A stretch of DNA of 64,000 bases from Thermodesulfobacteriota bacterium (GTDB taxonomy: Bacteria; Desulfobacterota_D; UBA1144; Nemesobacterales; Nemesobacteraceae): positions 1,367,150 to 1,431,149 of the forward strand of contig OZ242002.1 of the NCBI GenBank assembly GCA_965204665.1, written 5' to 3'. Below are positions 38,313-47,698 of this stretch, one piece after another. Both the position numbers and the translations under genes were made by a program. Every line of letters begins with the position of its first letter. Position 1 is the first letter of the stretch. Below the pieces are notes generated by a model, which was given only the letters and a program-made list of their open reading frames with translations, had not been told where the DNA came from and searched no databases.

Positions 38313-38812
38313 CCGTCCGAGAAACAATGAGTTTCGAAGATGCGGTGCGGACTGCGCGACATCCTGTCAACTGCGCATATCGGAGCGGAAAGCAGGCATT
38401 GGGTAAAAAGCACGGCAAGTCTATTCACTGCACGAATCCGCAACGATTGACCGGGAGCATCGATCTCGACCCCGCTATTAAGAGAGAACCTCGCCATGCC
38501 GATGCACCGCGTTGGGATTACGGCATAGGGTATAAACCTCCGGGAAACAAACAGCAGTGGGTAATTTGGATAGAGTTTCATCCGGCTACGACAGGGGAAG
38601 TTTCGGCGGTTCTCAAAAAGTTGCGGTGGCTGAAAGACTGGCTGAATGAAGAGGCTCGGCAACTCAAGAAAATAACTGAACGCGCCGAAAAAGATATTCG
38701 ATTTATCTGGCTTGCCGGCGGTGCCGGAATAAAAATACCGAAGAATTCTCCTCAGGCCCGGCAACTCAGCCAAAACGGTATTCGATTGAAAAAAAATCTC
38801 GAGTTGTCTTAG
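38309..38812 (+). CDS. Hypothetical 167-aa protein, translationally coupled partner of the ATPase
   Basis: Its ATG overlaps the ATPase TGA (ATGA). Basic protein with conserved-looking segments GSIDLD, RWDYGIGY and VIWIEFHPAT. No family recognised. Confidence 0.5.
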   Translation: MTVRETMSFEDAVRTARHPVNCAYRSGKQALGKKHGKSIHCTNPQRLTGSIDLDPAIKREPRHADAPRWDYGIGYKPPGNKQQWVIWIEFHPATTGEVSAVLKKLRWLKDWLNEEARQLKKITERAEKDIRFIWLAGGAGIKIPKNSPQARQLSQNGIRLKKNLELS

Positions 38813-38994
38813 TCTCAACTTCAGGGAAACAGAGAAATACCACTCGGTTATTTTTTCGCCCTTTGAGCATGATTGATGATCTTTCTGTCTCTTTACCTCG
38901 GAAGTATACAGTGAGAAAACCGAAGTGAATGTTTTGATAATTGAAGCAATTTCCACCCTCAATCTTGAAGTTGCTTTCTTTCAGTGATACATTT

Positions 38995-39022
38995 ACCCTG
39001 TTTTTTCAGGGTGGTTTTCGTT
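38995..39022 (+). terminator. Weak hairpin plus U-rich tail ~30 nt upstream of ilvB (terminator of the upstream cassette or an ilvB attenuator)
   Basis: ACCCTG-TTTTTT-CAGGGT followed by GGTTTTCGTTT. The stem is short, so confidence is low. Confidence 0.3.
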
Positions 39023-39052
39023 TAAGATCATTAGCAGGGAGATACAGTTGAA

Positions 39053-40759
39053 ATGGCCAAGATGCTAGGCGCACAGATGTTTTTTGAGACGCTTCTTCAC
39101 CAAGGTATTGATGTGGTTTTCGGACTGCCGGGAGGTTACGTTCTCAAAGTGTACGACGTGATGACCGGCTATACGGATAGAATGAAACACGTACTGGCTA
39201 GACACGAGCAGGGAGCTACGCATATGGCTGACGGATACGCCAGAGCCTCGGGCAAACCCGGAGTGGTGCTCTGTACATCGGGTCCTGCCGCCACCAACAC
39301 GGTTACCGGAATAGCGACAGCGCAGATGGACTCGTCTCCCATAGTTATTTTCACGGGACAGGTTCCGACCCAGTATCTGGGAAGCGACGCTTTCCAGGAG
39401 GCTGACCATATCGGCATAACCAGACCCTGCACGAAGCATAATTACTTGGTACGCAGAACCCGCGACCTTCCTAAAGCCATGAAGGAAGCCTTCCATATAG
39501 CCGGTACCGGAAGACCAAGCCCGGTCTTGGTGGATATGCCGAAGGATGTGCTTATAGGGGAAGACGAACTCGTTATCCCCGAAGATATAGATATTCAAGG
39601 TTATAAACCCAATGTGAGGGGAAACCCGTCTCAGATAAAAAGAGCGGTCGGGATGTTGCTCGCGGCAAAGAGGCCTGTTGTTTATTCCGGAGGCGGAGTC
39701 ATATGGTCTGATGCCACAAAGCAACTGCTGGAGTTTTGTCACAGGCTCCAGATACCGGTTGCATCAACCCTCATGGGGCTTGGAGGTTATCCGGCAAGCG
39801 ACCCGCTTTTTATAAGCATGCTCGGCATGCACGGCTCTTATGCCGCGAACATGGCGATAACCGAATCGGATCTTGTGATCTCCGTCGGCGGACGGTTTGA
39901 CGACAGGGCCACGGGAGGAAATTTCGAGGATTTCGCTCCCAACGCGCGGATTATCCACATAGACATAGACCCTTCTTCAATAGACAAGAACATAATGGTT
40001 GACTGTCCCATAGTCGGAGATGCGAAGATTGTGCTGAACCAGATACTTGAAGCTCTTCCGGGAGAAATTGATCTTGATGGGAGAGAACAGTGGCTCAGGC
40101 GGATAAAGCAATGGAGCATAGATCATCCGCTTACCTATCACCAGGGAAGCGACAGGATACTCACCACTTTCGCCATAGATACTCTTTATCAGGTCACGAA
40201 GGGAGACTCCATAATAGTTTCTGATGTCGGACAGCACCAGATGTGGGTGGCTCAGTTCTACAAGTTCGAGAGACCGAGGACGCATCTTACGTCCGGGGGA
40301 CTCGGAACTATGGGATTCAGTTTCCCCGCGGCTATGGGGGCTAAATACGCAAGACCGGACGAACGCGTCATATGCGTTGCGGGAGACGGAAGTTTCCAGA
40401 TGAATTTCCAGGAACTCGCCACCGCGGTTGAAAACAATCTCGATCTCAAGATAATCGTATTCAACAACGGTCATCATGGAATGGTAAGACAATGGCAGAC
40501 GATGTTTTTCGAGAGCAACTATTCCGCGTCCCGATTTGGGGTTCTGCCGGATTTTGTGAAGCTGGCGGAGGCGTTCGGGGCGAGAGGGTTTCGGGCGGAG
40601 AGACCGGAAGAACTTGAATCAACGCTGAGAGAGGGACTTAACGCTCCCGGGGTGGTTCTTATGGAAGTTTTAGTTGACGAGACGGAGATGGTCTACCCGA
40701 TGATAGCTCCCGGCGCGAAAATGGACGAAATGATTCTGCTTCCCGCCGACCTGGCCTGA
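39053..40759 (+). CDS. ilvB: Acetolactate synthase (biosynthetic type), large subunit
   Basis: TPP-enzyme motifs: VFGLPGG, RHEQGATHMADGYARASGKPGV, GGLGTMGFSFPAAMGAK, GDGSFQMN. Confidence 0.9.
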   Translation: MAKMLGAQMFFETLLHQGIDVVFGLPGGYVLKVYDVMTGYTDRMKHVLARHEQGATHMADGYARASGKPGVVLCTSGPAATNTVTGIATAQMDSSPIVIFTGQVPTQYLGSDAFQEADHIGITRPCTKHNYLVRRTRDLPKAMKEAFHIAGTGRPSPVLVDMPKDVLIGEDELVIPEDIDIQGYKPNVRGNPSQIKRAVGMLLAAKRPVVYSGGGVIWSDATKQLLEFCHRLQIPVASTLMGLGGYPASDPLFISMLGMHGSYAANMAITESDLVISVGGRFDDRATGGNFEDFAPNARIIHIDIDPSSIDKNIMVDCPIVGDAKIVLNQILEALPGEIDLDGREQWLRRIKQWSIDHPLTYHQGSDRILTTFAIDTLYQVTKGDSIIVSDVGQHQMWVAQFYKFERPRTHLTSGGLGTMGFSFPAAMGAKYARPDERVICVAGDGSFQMNFQELATAVENNLDLKIIVFNNGHHGMVRQWQTMFFESNYSASRFGVLPDFVKLAEAFGARGFRAERPEELESTLREGLNAPGVVLMEVLVDETEMVYPMIAPGAKMDEMILLPADLA

Positions 40760-40983
40760 ACGGAGAATCGCTCGGTAGTCCTTCTTGGATTGCCGGCGTT
40801 GTCCTCGGCAGTTGTCATCCGCTTTGTATCTGTGTTTCTTCCTGAGTTTTCATATAAGCGCGAGCGTCCGGAGACTCTTTATTTCTAACTTCATAAAAAC
40901 GCCGGTCGGCACAACAGCCCTTTCTCTTAAAAAGAGTTGCGGCGGCTGCAAGAATATAGTCCTTTAGATTTTTCCATACCGCC

Positions 40984-43407
40984 ATGGGTTCAGAGAAGAC
41001 AGTTCAGGTGGCTCTGCCGATTTCTTCCGAGCAACTTTTCACATATTCGGTTCCGGACCATCTCATCGAAGGGCTCGCTCTGGGAAAACGGGTGTTTGTT
41101 CCCTTCGGAAATCGCAAGGCGATAGGGTACGTGGTGAAGGAAGATTCGGAGCAGGAAGTCGGTTTCAAACTGAAGGACATAATTGACATTCTGGACGAAT
41201 CCCCGCTTTTCGATGAAAAGAGGCTTGAGTTCTTCAGACGCGTTTCCGAGTATTACATGACGTCTCTGGGAGTTGTCCTGAAGTTCGCGCACCCTCTGGG
41301 TCTGGGTAAAAGCGTTGCCAGGACCGTCCGTATCACGGAGCAGGGAAAAGACCGGCTGAGTAACGGAGATTCAAGAGGTCCCGAGAAAAAAATCCTGCAG
41401 ACGCTGCTGCTCGAATCTCCGTTGCCTCTGGAGAAAGTTCTGGATCTGAGCGAAGGGATAACGATTGAGAACATAAACTCCGTTCAGAGGAAAAAATACG
41501 TGGAGTTTGATTACAGGATAGTAAGCGGCGAGAAGAAAAAGTATGAAAAAATATACAGTTCTTCCTGCGAAGCCGGAAAAATTCAGGAAGTGAAGAAAAA
41601 AACTCCCGCCAAAGGCGCCGTACTGGAGTTTATATGCGGGCACGGCCCGGTTGCGGCCGCAGAACTCAAAGAAATATTCGGCGGATTCTCATCCCATATA
41701 AAATGGCTTCTCGATAACGGGTTCGTTTCTCTGCATCTCAAAGAAATCAGAAGAGACCCTTACGGGTCTTTTGATATTAAGGAAAGCGCTCCGTCGGAAC
41801 TCACTCAAGATCAGCGGATGGCCGTTGAACGCATTACGCCGTATGTGGAGAACCAGCGGTATAGATGCTTTCTTCTCCACGGGGTCACGGGAAGCGGAAA
41901 AACCGAGGTTTACATGAGAATTGCGAGCGAGGTTGTCAGGAGAAAAAAACAGGTGCTGATCATGGTTCCGGAAATAGCGCTTACCCCGCTTCTTGTACGC
42001 AGGTTCCGCTCCCGTTTCGGTGACGTCGTATCCGTGCTTCACAGCCTCCTCAGCGAAGGTGACAGGTTCAGTGTCTGGAGGAGGATTCGGAGCGGGGACA
42101 TAAGCGTGGTGATAGGTCCGCGCTCCGCTGTTTTTGCCCCTTTCCCCTCACCCGGACTGGTGGTGGTGGACGAAGAGCACGACTCTTCTTACAAACAGAG
42201 CAGTTCCCCGTGCTACAACGCTCGAGATGCCGCCGTCATGCTCGGAAGTTTGTACCGATGCCCAGTGATTCTCGGTTCCGCCACTCCTTCGCTCGAGTCT
42301 TATGCGAACACCCTGCGGGGAAAATATGAATACCTTTCGCTTCCGGCCAGGGTCGGAAAGAGCAGACTGCCCGAGGTGAAACTCGTGGATATGAAAAACA
42401 TAAAGGAAAAGATATTCTCCCGGGCCCTTAAAGATGCTCTTTCAAGCAATTTCGCCCGCGGCGAGCAGTCGGTCTTATTTATCAACAGAAGAGGTTTTTC
42501 CAATTTCCTCGTATGCGCGGACTGCGGAGACCTTTTCAAGTGTCCGAACTGCTCGACCACTCTTACCTTTCATAAGAAAGATGTCTCCATCAGATGTCAT
42601 TACTGCGGAATCAGGGAGAAGTTCAGGAATATATGCGCAGCCTGCGGCGGGGTGTATATGGCTGCGGGGCTCGGAACCCAGAGAATCGAGGAAGAGACGA
42701 GAAAGATTCTTCCCGCCGCCGATATTTCCGTTATGGACAGGGACACCGCCGGGGGAAAGACGAAACTTCTCGACCTTTACCGGAATCTCGAGTCGGGGAA
42801 AACAGATGTTCTCATAGGAACCCAGATGATCGCCAAGGGACATGACTTGCCCGGGGTTACGCTGGTCGGAGTGGTTTCCGCCGACCATATGCTCGCCATC
42901 CCTGATTTTCGTTCGGGAGAAAGGACGTTTCAGATGCTTACCCAGGTGGCCGGAAGGACGGGAAGGGGAAAAAAACCGGGCAGGGTTATTCTGCAGACCT
43001 ACAATCCAGAACATCCTTCCGTGGAGTTTGCCGTCACGCATAACAGTTCGGGGTTTCTGGAAGAGGAGCTCGAACTCAGAAAATCACTTGATCAACCTCC
43101 CTTCACCAGGCTCGTATCCATAAGAATGAGCGGTATGAAAGAGGAGATGACAAGAATTTTCACGGAAAAAGCGAGACGAACCGCAGAGAAGCTCACACGC
43201 CCGTTTCCGCCCGGAGAGCTCAGAGTGCTGGGTCCTTCGGAAGCGCCTATATATAAAATGAAAAACAGATTCAGATGGCAGATGATTCTGGCTTCGCGTA
43301 ATATCGCCGTGCTCAGAAAATACTCACGCGTTCTTTATGATTCATTGAAAAATGATGCCGAGGGAATTAACCTTACGCTCGATATAGACCCTCATGAATT
43401 CATGTAA
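40984..43407 (+). CDS. priA: Primosomal protein N' (replication restart helicase PriA)
   Basis: GVTGSGKTEVY, VVDEEHD, and Cys-rich zinc region CADCGDLFKCPNCSTTLTFHK..RCHYCG..CAACG. Confidence 0.92.
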   Translation: MGSEKTVQVALPISSEQLFTYSVPDHLIEGLALGKRVFVPFGNRKAIGYVVKEDSEQEVGFKLKDIIDILDESPLFDEKRLEFFRRVSEYYMTSLGVVLKFAHPLGLGKSVARTVRITEQGKDRLSNGDSRGPEKKILQTLLLESPLPLEKVLDLSEGITIENINSVQRKKYVEFDYRIVSGEKKKYEKIYSSSCEAGKIQEVKKKTPAKGAVLEFICGHGPVAAAELKEIFGGFSSHIKWLLDNGFVSLHLKEIRRDPYGSFDIKESAPSELTQDQRMAVERITPYVENQRYRCFLLHGVTGSGKTEVYMRIASEVVRRKKQVLIMVPEIALTPLLVRRFRSRFGDVVSVLHSLLSEGDRFSVWRRIRSGDISVVIGPRSAVFAPFPSPGLVVVDEEHDSSYKQSSSPCYNARDAAVMLGSLYRCPVILGSATPSLESYANTLRGKYEYLSLPARVGKSRLPEVKLVDMKNIKEKIFSRALKDALSSNFARGEQSVLFINRRGFSNFLVCADCGDLFKCPNCSTTLTFHKKDVSIRCHYCGIREKFRNICAACGGVYMAAGLGTQRIEEETRKILPAADISVMDRDTAGGKTKLLDLYRNLESGKTDVLIGTQMIAKGHDLPGVTLVGVVSADHMLAIPDFRSGERTFQMLTQVAGRTGRGKKPGRVILQTYNPEHPSVEFAVTHNSSGFLEEELELRKSLDQPPFTRLVSIRMSGMKEEMTRIFTEKARRTAEKLTRPFPPGELRVLGPSEAPIYKMKNRFRWQMILASRNIAVLRKYSRVLYDSLKNDAEGINLTLDIDPHEFM

Positions 43408-43412
43408 GAGCC

Positions 43413-46277
43413 GTGGAGAAAAAAGCAATCATTGTCGATGCGGAAAACGCCGAGCGGACCGTCGGGAGATTCGAGGAAGTAAACGGCCCGCTTGATGCGG
43501 AAAAAAAGAAGATACTGCAGATGGTATCCTCCCACAGCAGGTTCCTGGGCAACTCGATCATACGGAATCCCCGCACCCTTGGTATGCTCGCCAACGAGAA
43601 ATCTCTTGTGAAAAAAAGGACGCTCTCCGCTCACCGCGGTCCGCTTCGTACAATCGTGAAAAACTCCAGGGACTCCGCTCATCTGTCGGAAAAACTCAAG
43701 GAGTACAAATATAAAGAGCTCTGTAGAATAATTTACAGAGAGATCGGAGGGTTGTGCGAATTCCGGCATACCCTTGAGGAGATATCCGATCTGGCCGTTG
43801 CTATAGTGAGGGCTGTACTTGATTTCTACAGACAGTCGGTGCGGGGCTCGGAAGAATTCGAGTTCGTGGTGCTCGGCATGGGGAAGTTGGGCGGTCGCCT
43901 TCTTAATCTGAGTTCCGATATAGACTTGATCTATCTGTACAGAAACGAGCAGTACTCGGAGGAGATACTCAGGCTTTCTTCTTCCATAACCAAGGCGATA
44001 AGTTCCATCTCGGCCGGAGGTTTTCTGTACAGGGTCGACCTGGGGCTCCGTCCCGGAGGCAACATGAGTCCCGTCGCGGTGTCGATTGACGGCGCTCTTG
44101 AACATTACTTCCATTGGGCGGAAACATGGGAAAGAGCGGTGCTGCTGAAGACCACGCCTATAGCCGGAGACCTGGAACTGGGTTTCGAGTTCATACGGGA
44201 GGTTGAACCGGTCGTATACCGTAAGCTGCTTGATTACGAGTCCATAGAGGATCTCAAGAGCATGAAGGAGAGACTTGAGGGCCTGCGCAAAAAAAACGAC
44301 GTGAAGCTCGGTCGGGGAGGCATCAGAGAGATTGAGTTTTTCGTGCAGGTGACTCAACTTATAAGCGGCGGGACGGTGAAGAAGTTCAAGGGTCTTCTCA
44401 ACACCCTCGACGGTCTTGAGGCTATGGCCGAATCCGGATTCATAACTCGAAGCGTGGGACAGGAGATGTCCCGCTGTTATCTTTTTCTCAGGAAGGTGGA
44501 GCATTCCGTTCAGTTGTGGGAAGAGAGGCAGACTCACATGATTCCCGAGGATGAGGAGGCGTTGTCGAGAATTTCCGCCAGGATGGGTTTTGCGAACAAT
44601 ACGGATTTTATGTCCGCTTACGAAGAAATCACTTCCCTTGTTCTCAAAAACTACAGGGACTTGTTCTTCAAGCCCAGCATGGAGGTTGAGGAGAAGGGAA
44701 AGGAGTTCTGGGAAGTTGCGGAGTTCGCGGCTACGGAGGACATAGACCGTGAAGAGGCGGCCGTTTCACTGCGGTTCTTTGTCTTCCAATTGCTGCTGGA
44801 GGGAGACATAGACCGCGAGGAGGCGGTCGTTTCACTGCAGAATCTCGGTTTCGAGTCTCCTGACACCGCAGCCGACATCATATTGAAACTTCTGGATCCG
44901 AGGAGGTCCGGACTTACCGAAAAGGGCAGGATGCTTTCAAAGAAAGTGGTGCCGGCTTTTCTTTCGGAGATTCTTAAGCAGAGCAGTCCGGATACGACCC
45001 TTCTCAACCTCGACAGGTTTCTCTCCGGTATCAGCTCCAAAATGTCCGTCTATGCGCTTCTCAATGAAAACTCCAGAATCATATCACTCCTTACGAAACT
45101 TTTCTCAAGAAGCGGAATGCTCTCGGATTTTCTCATAAGACATCCCGAGTATCTCGACTCGGTCATTCTTAAGGATGTGGCCGGCTTTTACGACTCGAAA
45201 GAGTCCATGGATGCCGCGCTTCGCGAAGAATTGCGCAGTCAGGAGTTTTTCGAGGACAGGTTGGATGCTCTGCGCAGTTTCAAGAACATCGAGTCGCTCA
45301 AACTCTGCTTCAGAGAACTTTCCGGAGATATTGATCCCCTGCATGTGGGCAGGTATCTGTCCATGGTCGCCGATGTGGTGATGGACTCGAGCCTCGAGAT
45401 GGCCAGGGAAAATCTCCAGGTTTCCCCGGAGAAAAGGGAACTGGTCAAAAACATGATAGTGCTCGGACTCGGAAAACTCGGAGGCGGGGAGATGAGTTAC
45501 ACTTCCGACCTTGATATAATATTCATCTACGAAGGGAACGACCACGAACTTTTTTCCAGATACGGACAGAGGTTCATATCCAATCTTTCGGTCTACACAT
45601 CCAAAGGGTTCTGCTACAAGGTGGATCTGGAGTTGCGCCCCTCGGGGAAATCGGGCGCTCTCGTCACGTCGCTGGACGCTTTCGCGGACTATCATGCTTC
45701 AAGCGCCCTTACTTGGGAGAGACAGTCCCTCGTCAAGGCGAGAGTGGTGGCGGGCAACCGCGAGTTGGGTAAAAAAGTGACGACCATCATAGACAATTTC
45801 GTTTACTCGGGACCTATTGCCGAGGATTTTCACGAGGAGATATACAGACTGCGCCTGAGAATCGAGAACGAACTGTCGAACGAAAATGAATCCATGTTCA
45901 ATCTCAAGTCCGGCAAGGGCGGGATAATAGACATCGAGTTTCTGGTACAGATGCTTCAACTTGCGCACGGCAGGGAAAATCCGGCCGTAAGAACCGTAAA
46001 CACCATGGAGGCCGTACGCGCTCTCGGCGATGCCGGGTTCATGGAGAGCGCGGAATCCGAGACTCTCGCCGAAGGATATATCTTTCTCAGAAGAATGGGC
46101 AACCTTCTCAGTCTGCTGAACGAGAGAACAAAAAATGAAATATCCCGGACCGACTTCGAAAGAATGGCGGAGGAATTCGATTTCGGCGGACGAGGAGATT
46201 CGCTTAGAACCGAATATCTTCGCGTGACCGGGGAAATCAGGGCTATTTACGACAAGTATTTCCTCGGAACATCCTGA
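43413..46277 (+). CDS. glnE: Bifunctional glutamine synthetase adenylyltransferase/adenylyl-removing enzyme
   Basis: Two nucleotidyltransferase modules (GMGKLGGRLLNLSSDIDLIYLY and GLGKLGGGEMSYTSDLDIIFIY), each followed by YRVDLGLRP / YKVDLELRP. Confidence 0.9.
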   Translation: MEKKAIIVDAENAERTVGRFEEVNGPLDAEKKKILQMVSSHSRFLGNSIIRNPRTLGMLANEKSLVKKRTLSAHRGPLRTIVKNSRDSAHLSEKLKEYKYKELCRIIYREIGGLCEFRHTLEEISDLAVAIVRAVLDFYRQSVRGSEEFEFVVLGMGKLGGRLLNLSSDIDLIYLYRNEQYSEEILRLSSSITKAISSISAGGFLYRVDLGLRPGGNMSPVAVSIDGALEHYFHWAETWERAVLLKTTPIAGDLELGFEFIREVEPVVYRKLLDYESIEDLKSMKERLEGLRKKNDVKLGRGGIREIEFFVQVTQLISGGTVKKFKGLLNTLDGLEAMAESGFITRSVGQEMSRCYLFLRKVEHSVQLWEERQTHMIPEDEEALSRISARMGFANNTDFMSAYEEITSLVLKNYRDLFFKPSMEVEEKGKEFWEVAEFAATEDIDREEAAVSLRFFVFQLLLEGDIDREEAVVSLQNLGFESPDTAADIILKLLDPRRSGLTEKGRMLSKKVVPAFLSEILKQSSPDTTLLNLDRFLSGISSKMSVYALLNENSRIISLLTKLFSRSGMLSDFLIRHPEYLDSVILKDVAGFYDSKESMDAALREELRSQEFFEDRLDALRSFKNIESLKLCFRELSGDIDPLHVGRYLSMVADVVMDSSLEMARENLQVSPEKRELVKNMIVLGLGKLGGGEMSYTSDLDIIFIYEGNDHELFSRYGQRFISNLSVYTSKGFCYKVDLELRPSGKSGALVTSLDAFADYHASSALTWERQSLVKARVVAGNRELGKKVTTIIDNFVYSGPIAEDFHEEIYRLRLRIENELSNENESMFNLKSGKGGIIDIEFLVQMLQLAHGRENPAVRTVNTMEAVRALGDAGFMESAESETLAEGYIFLRRMGNLLSLLNERTKNEISRTDFERMAEEFDFGGRGDSLRTEYLRVTGEIRAIYDKYFLGTS

Positions 46278-47689
46278 TGGGAAGAAGATGCGTATTCTTC
46301 CTTGCCGACGGAGCCAGATTGGACGTTATGTCCCGCCTGCTTCAGAAAGGGGACCTCGAGAATATACAGAAGTACGTGGTCGAGCCCGGAGCGCTTATCA
46401 GGGGAGTGACCGTTTTCCCGTCCACTACCGGCCCCGCATATGTTCCCTATCTTTTCGGTAGGTTTCCGGGCAGATGCAATCTCCCGGGTATCAGATGGTT
46501 CGACAGAAGGTACTATGAAGGGAATCCGTTTTCTCTCAGAAGGTTCAGAAGTTATGCGGGGCCGCAGTCATTTCTCGTAAACAGGGATCTGGAGAGTTCC
46601 ACTCCCTCGCTCTTCAATCTGATCCCGAAAAGCGTGAGCATACTCAATGAGATGACCGGCGGTATGGGGGCTTCGGGAAAGAACAGGACCAGATATCTGA
46701 AGTACTATCTGATGATGAAGAGCCATTTCACCGAAAGAAGCGACAGTGTCGACGAAGTAGCCGGAAAAATACTCGAGGATTCTCTGGACAGTTCTCCGGA
46801 GTTCATATTCTGCGTTCTGACAAGCATTGATTCCTACTCTCACCGGTATCACCCTTTTCACCGCAGGGTCATTGATTCCTACAGAAGGCTCGACCGTTCT
46901 GTGGGGGCGGTCGCGGAGAAAATCAGGAAATCCCGGGGGCTTGACGATACACTTTTTGTCATCGGAAGCGATCATGGACTTACCGCCACCCACTCTCATT
47001 TTGATTCCCTGGGTTTTTTACGCAACAGGGGGTTTCGGCCTCTTTACTATACGAACGTGCTGAGACATTATCTTGATGCGGATTCATCCGTCATGGTGTC
47101 GGGAAACTCGATGGCTCATTACTATTTCAGGGGAGAGAAGGGGTGGACAGAACGCGCGGCGGCTGACAGAACTCGGGAGATTTCGGACAGTCTCTGTTCT
47201 CTTCCGGCGACGGACCTCGTCTGCGTTGCATCGGGCGGCGACGGACAGGAGGTAAGCGTGAGGAACTCCGGCGGAGAGGCGGCTCTCGGATTCTGCGGTG
47301 AAGACCGAATTTATTATCGCTGTATTTCCGGAAACCCTCTAGGATACGACTTCCGCTCACGGGAGATGACTTCTTCTGAGTCCCTAGACCTCACCATCAA
47401 TTCGGATTACCCCGACGCGCCGATGCAGATTCTGCAGCTTTTCGAGTCGTCCAGAACGGGAGATGTGGTGTTGAGCGCAAGACCCGGCTACGACCTCCGG
47501 TCAGCGCACGAGAACCCCGAACACCGCGGTTCTCACGGCTCTCTGCATAAAGACCATATGCTGGTCCCCGTACTTTTGAGCATTCCCGCAGTCCGCGATT
47601 ACGCGCGTACCGCGGATGTCTTTCCGACCATTCTGCGTTATCTGGATATTGATGTTCCCGAGGGTATCGACGGGTGCGGTCTGTCCTGA
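46277..47689 (+). CDS. Alkaline-phosphatase-superfamily protein (nucleotide pyrophosphatase/phosphodiesterase-like)
   Basis: FFLADGAR, FPSTTGPAYVPYLFG (nucleophile Thr region), GSDHG, HRGSHGSL. Its ATG overlaps the glnE stop by 1 nt (TGATG). Confidence 0.75.
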   Translation: MGRRCVFFLADGARLDVMSRLLQKGDLENIQKYVVEPGALIRGVTVFPSTTGPAYVPYLFGRFPGRCNLPGIRWFDRRYYEGNPFSLRRFRSYAGPQSFLVNRDLESSTPSLFNLIPKSVSILNEMTGGMGASGKNRTRYLKYYLMMKSHFTERSDSVDEVAGKILEDSLDSSPEFIFCVLTSIDSYSHRYHPFHRRVIDSYRRLDRSVGAVAEKIRKSRGLDDTLFVIGSDHGLTATHSHFDSLGFLRNRGFRPLYYTNVLRHYLDADSSVMVSGNSMAHYYFRGEKGWTERAAADRTREISDSLCSLPATDLVCVASGGDGQEVSVRNSGGEAALGFCGEDRIYYRCISGNPLGYDFRSREMTSSESLDLTINSDYPDAPMQILQLFESSRTGDVVLSARPGYDLRSAHENPEHRGSHGSLHKDHMLVPVLLSIPAVRDYARTADVFPTILRYLDIDVPEGIDGCGLS

Positions 47690-47698
47690 ATGCGGTTT

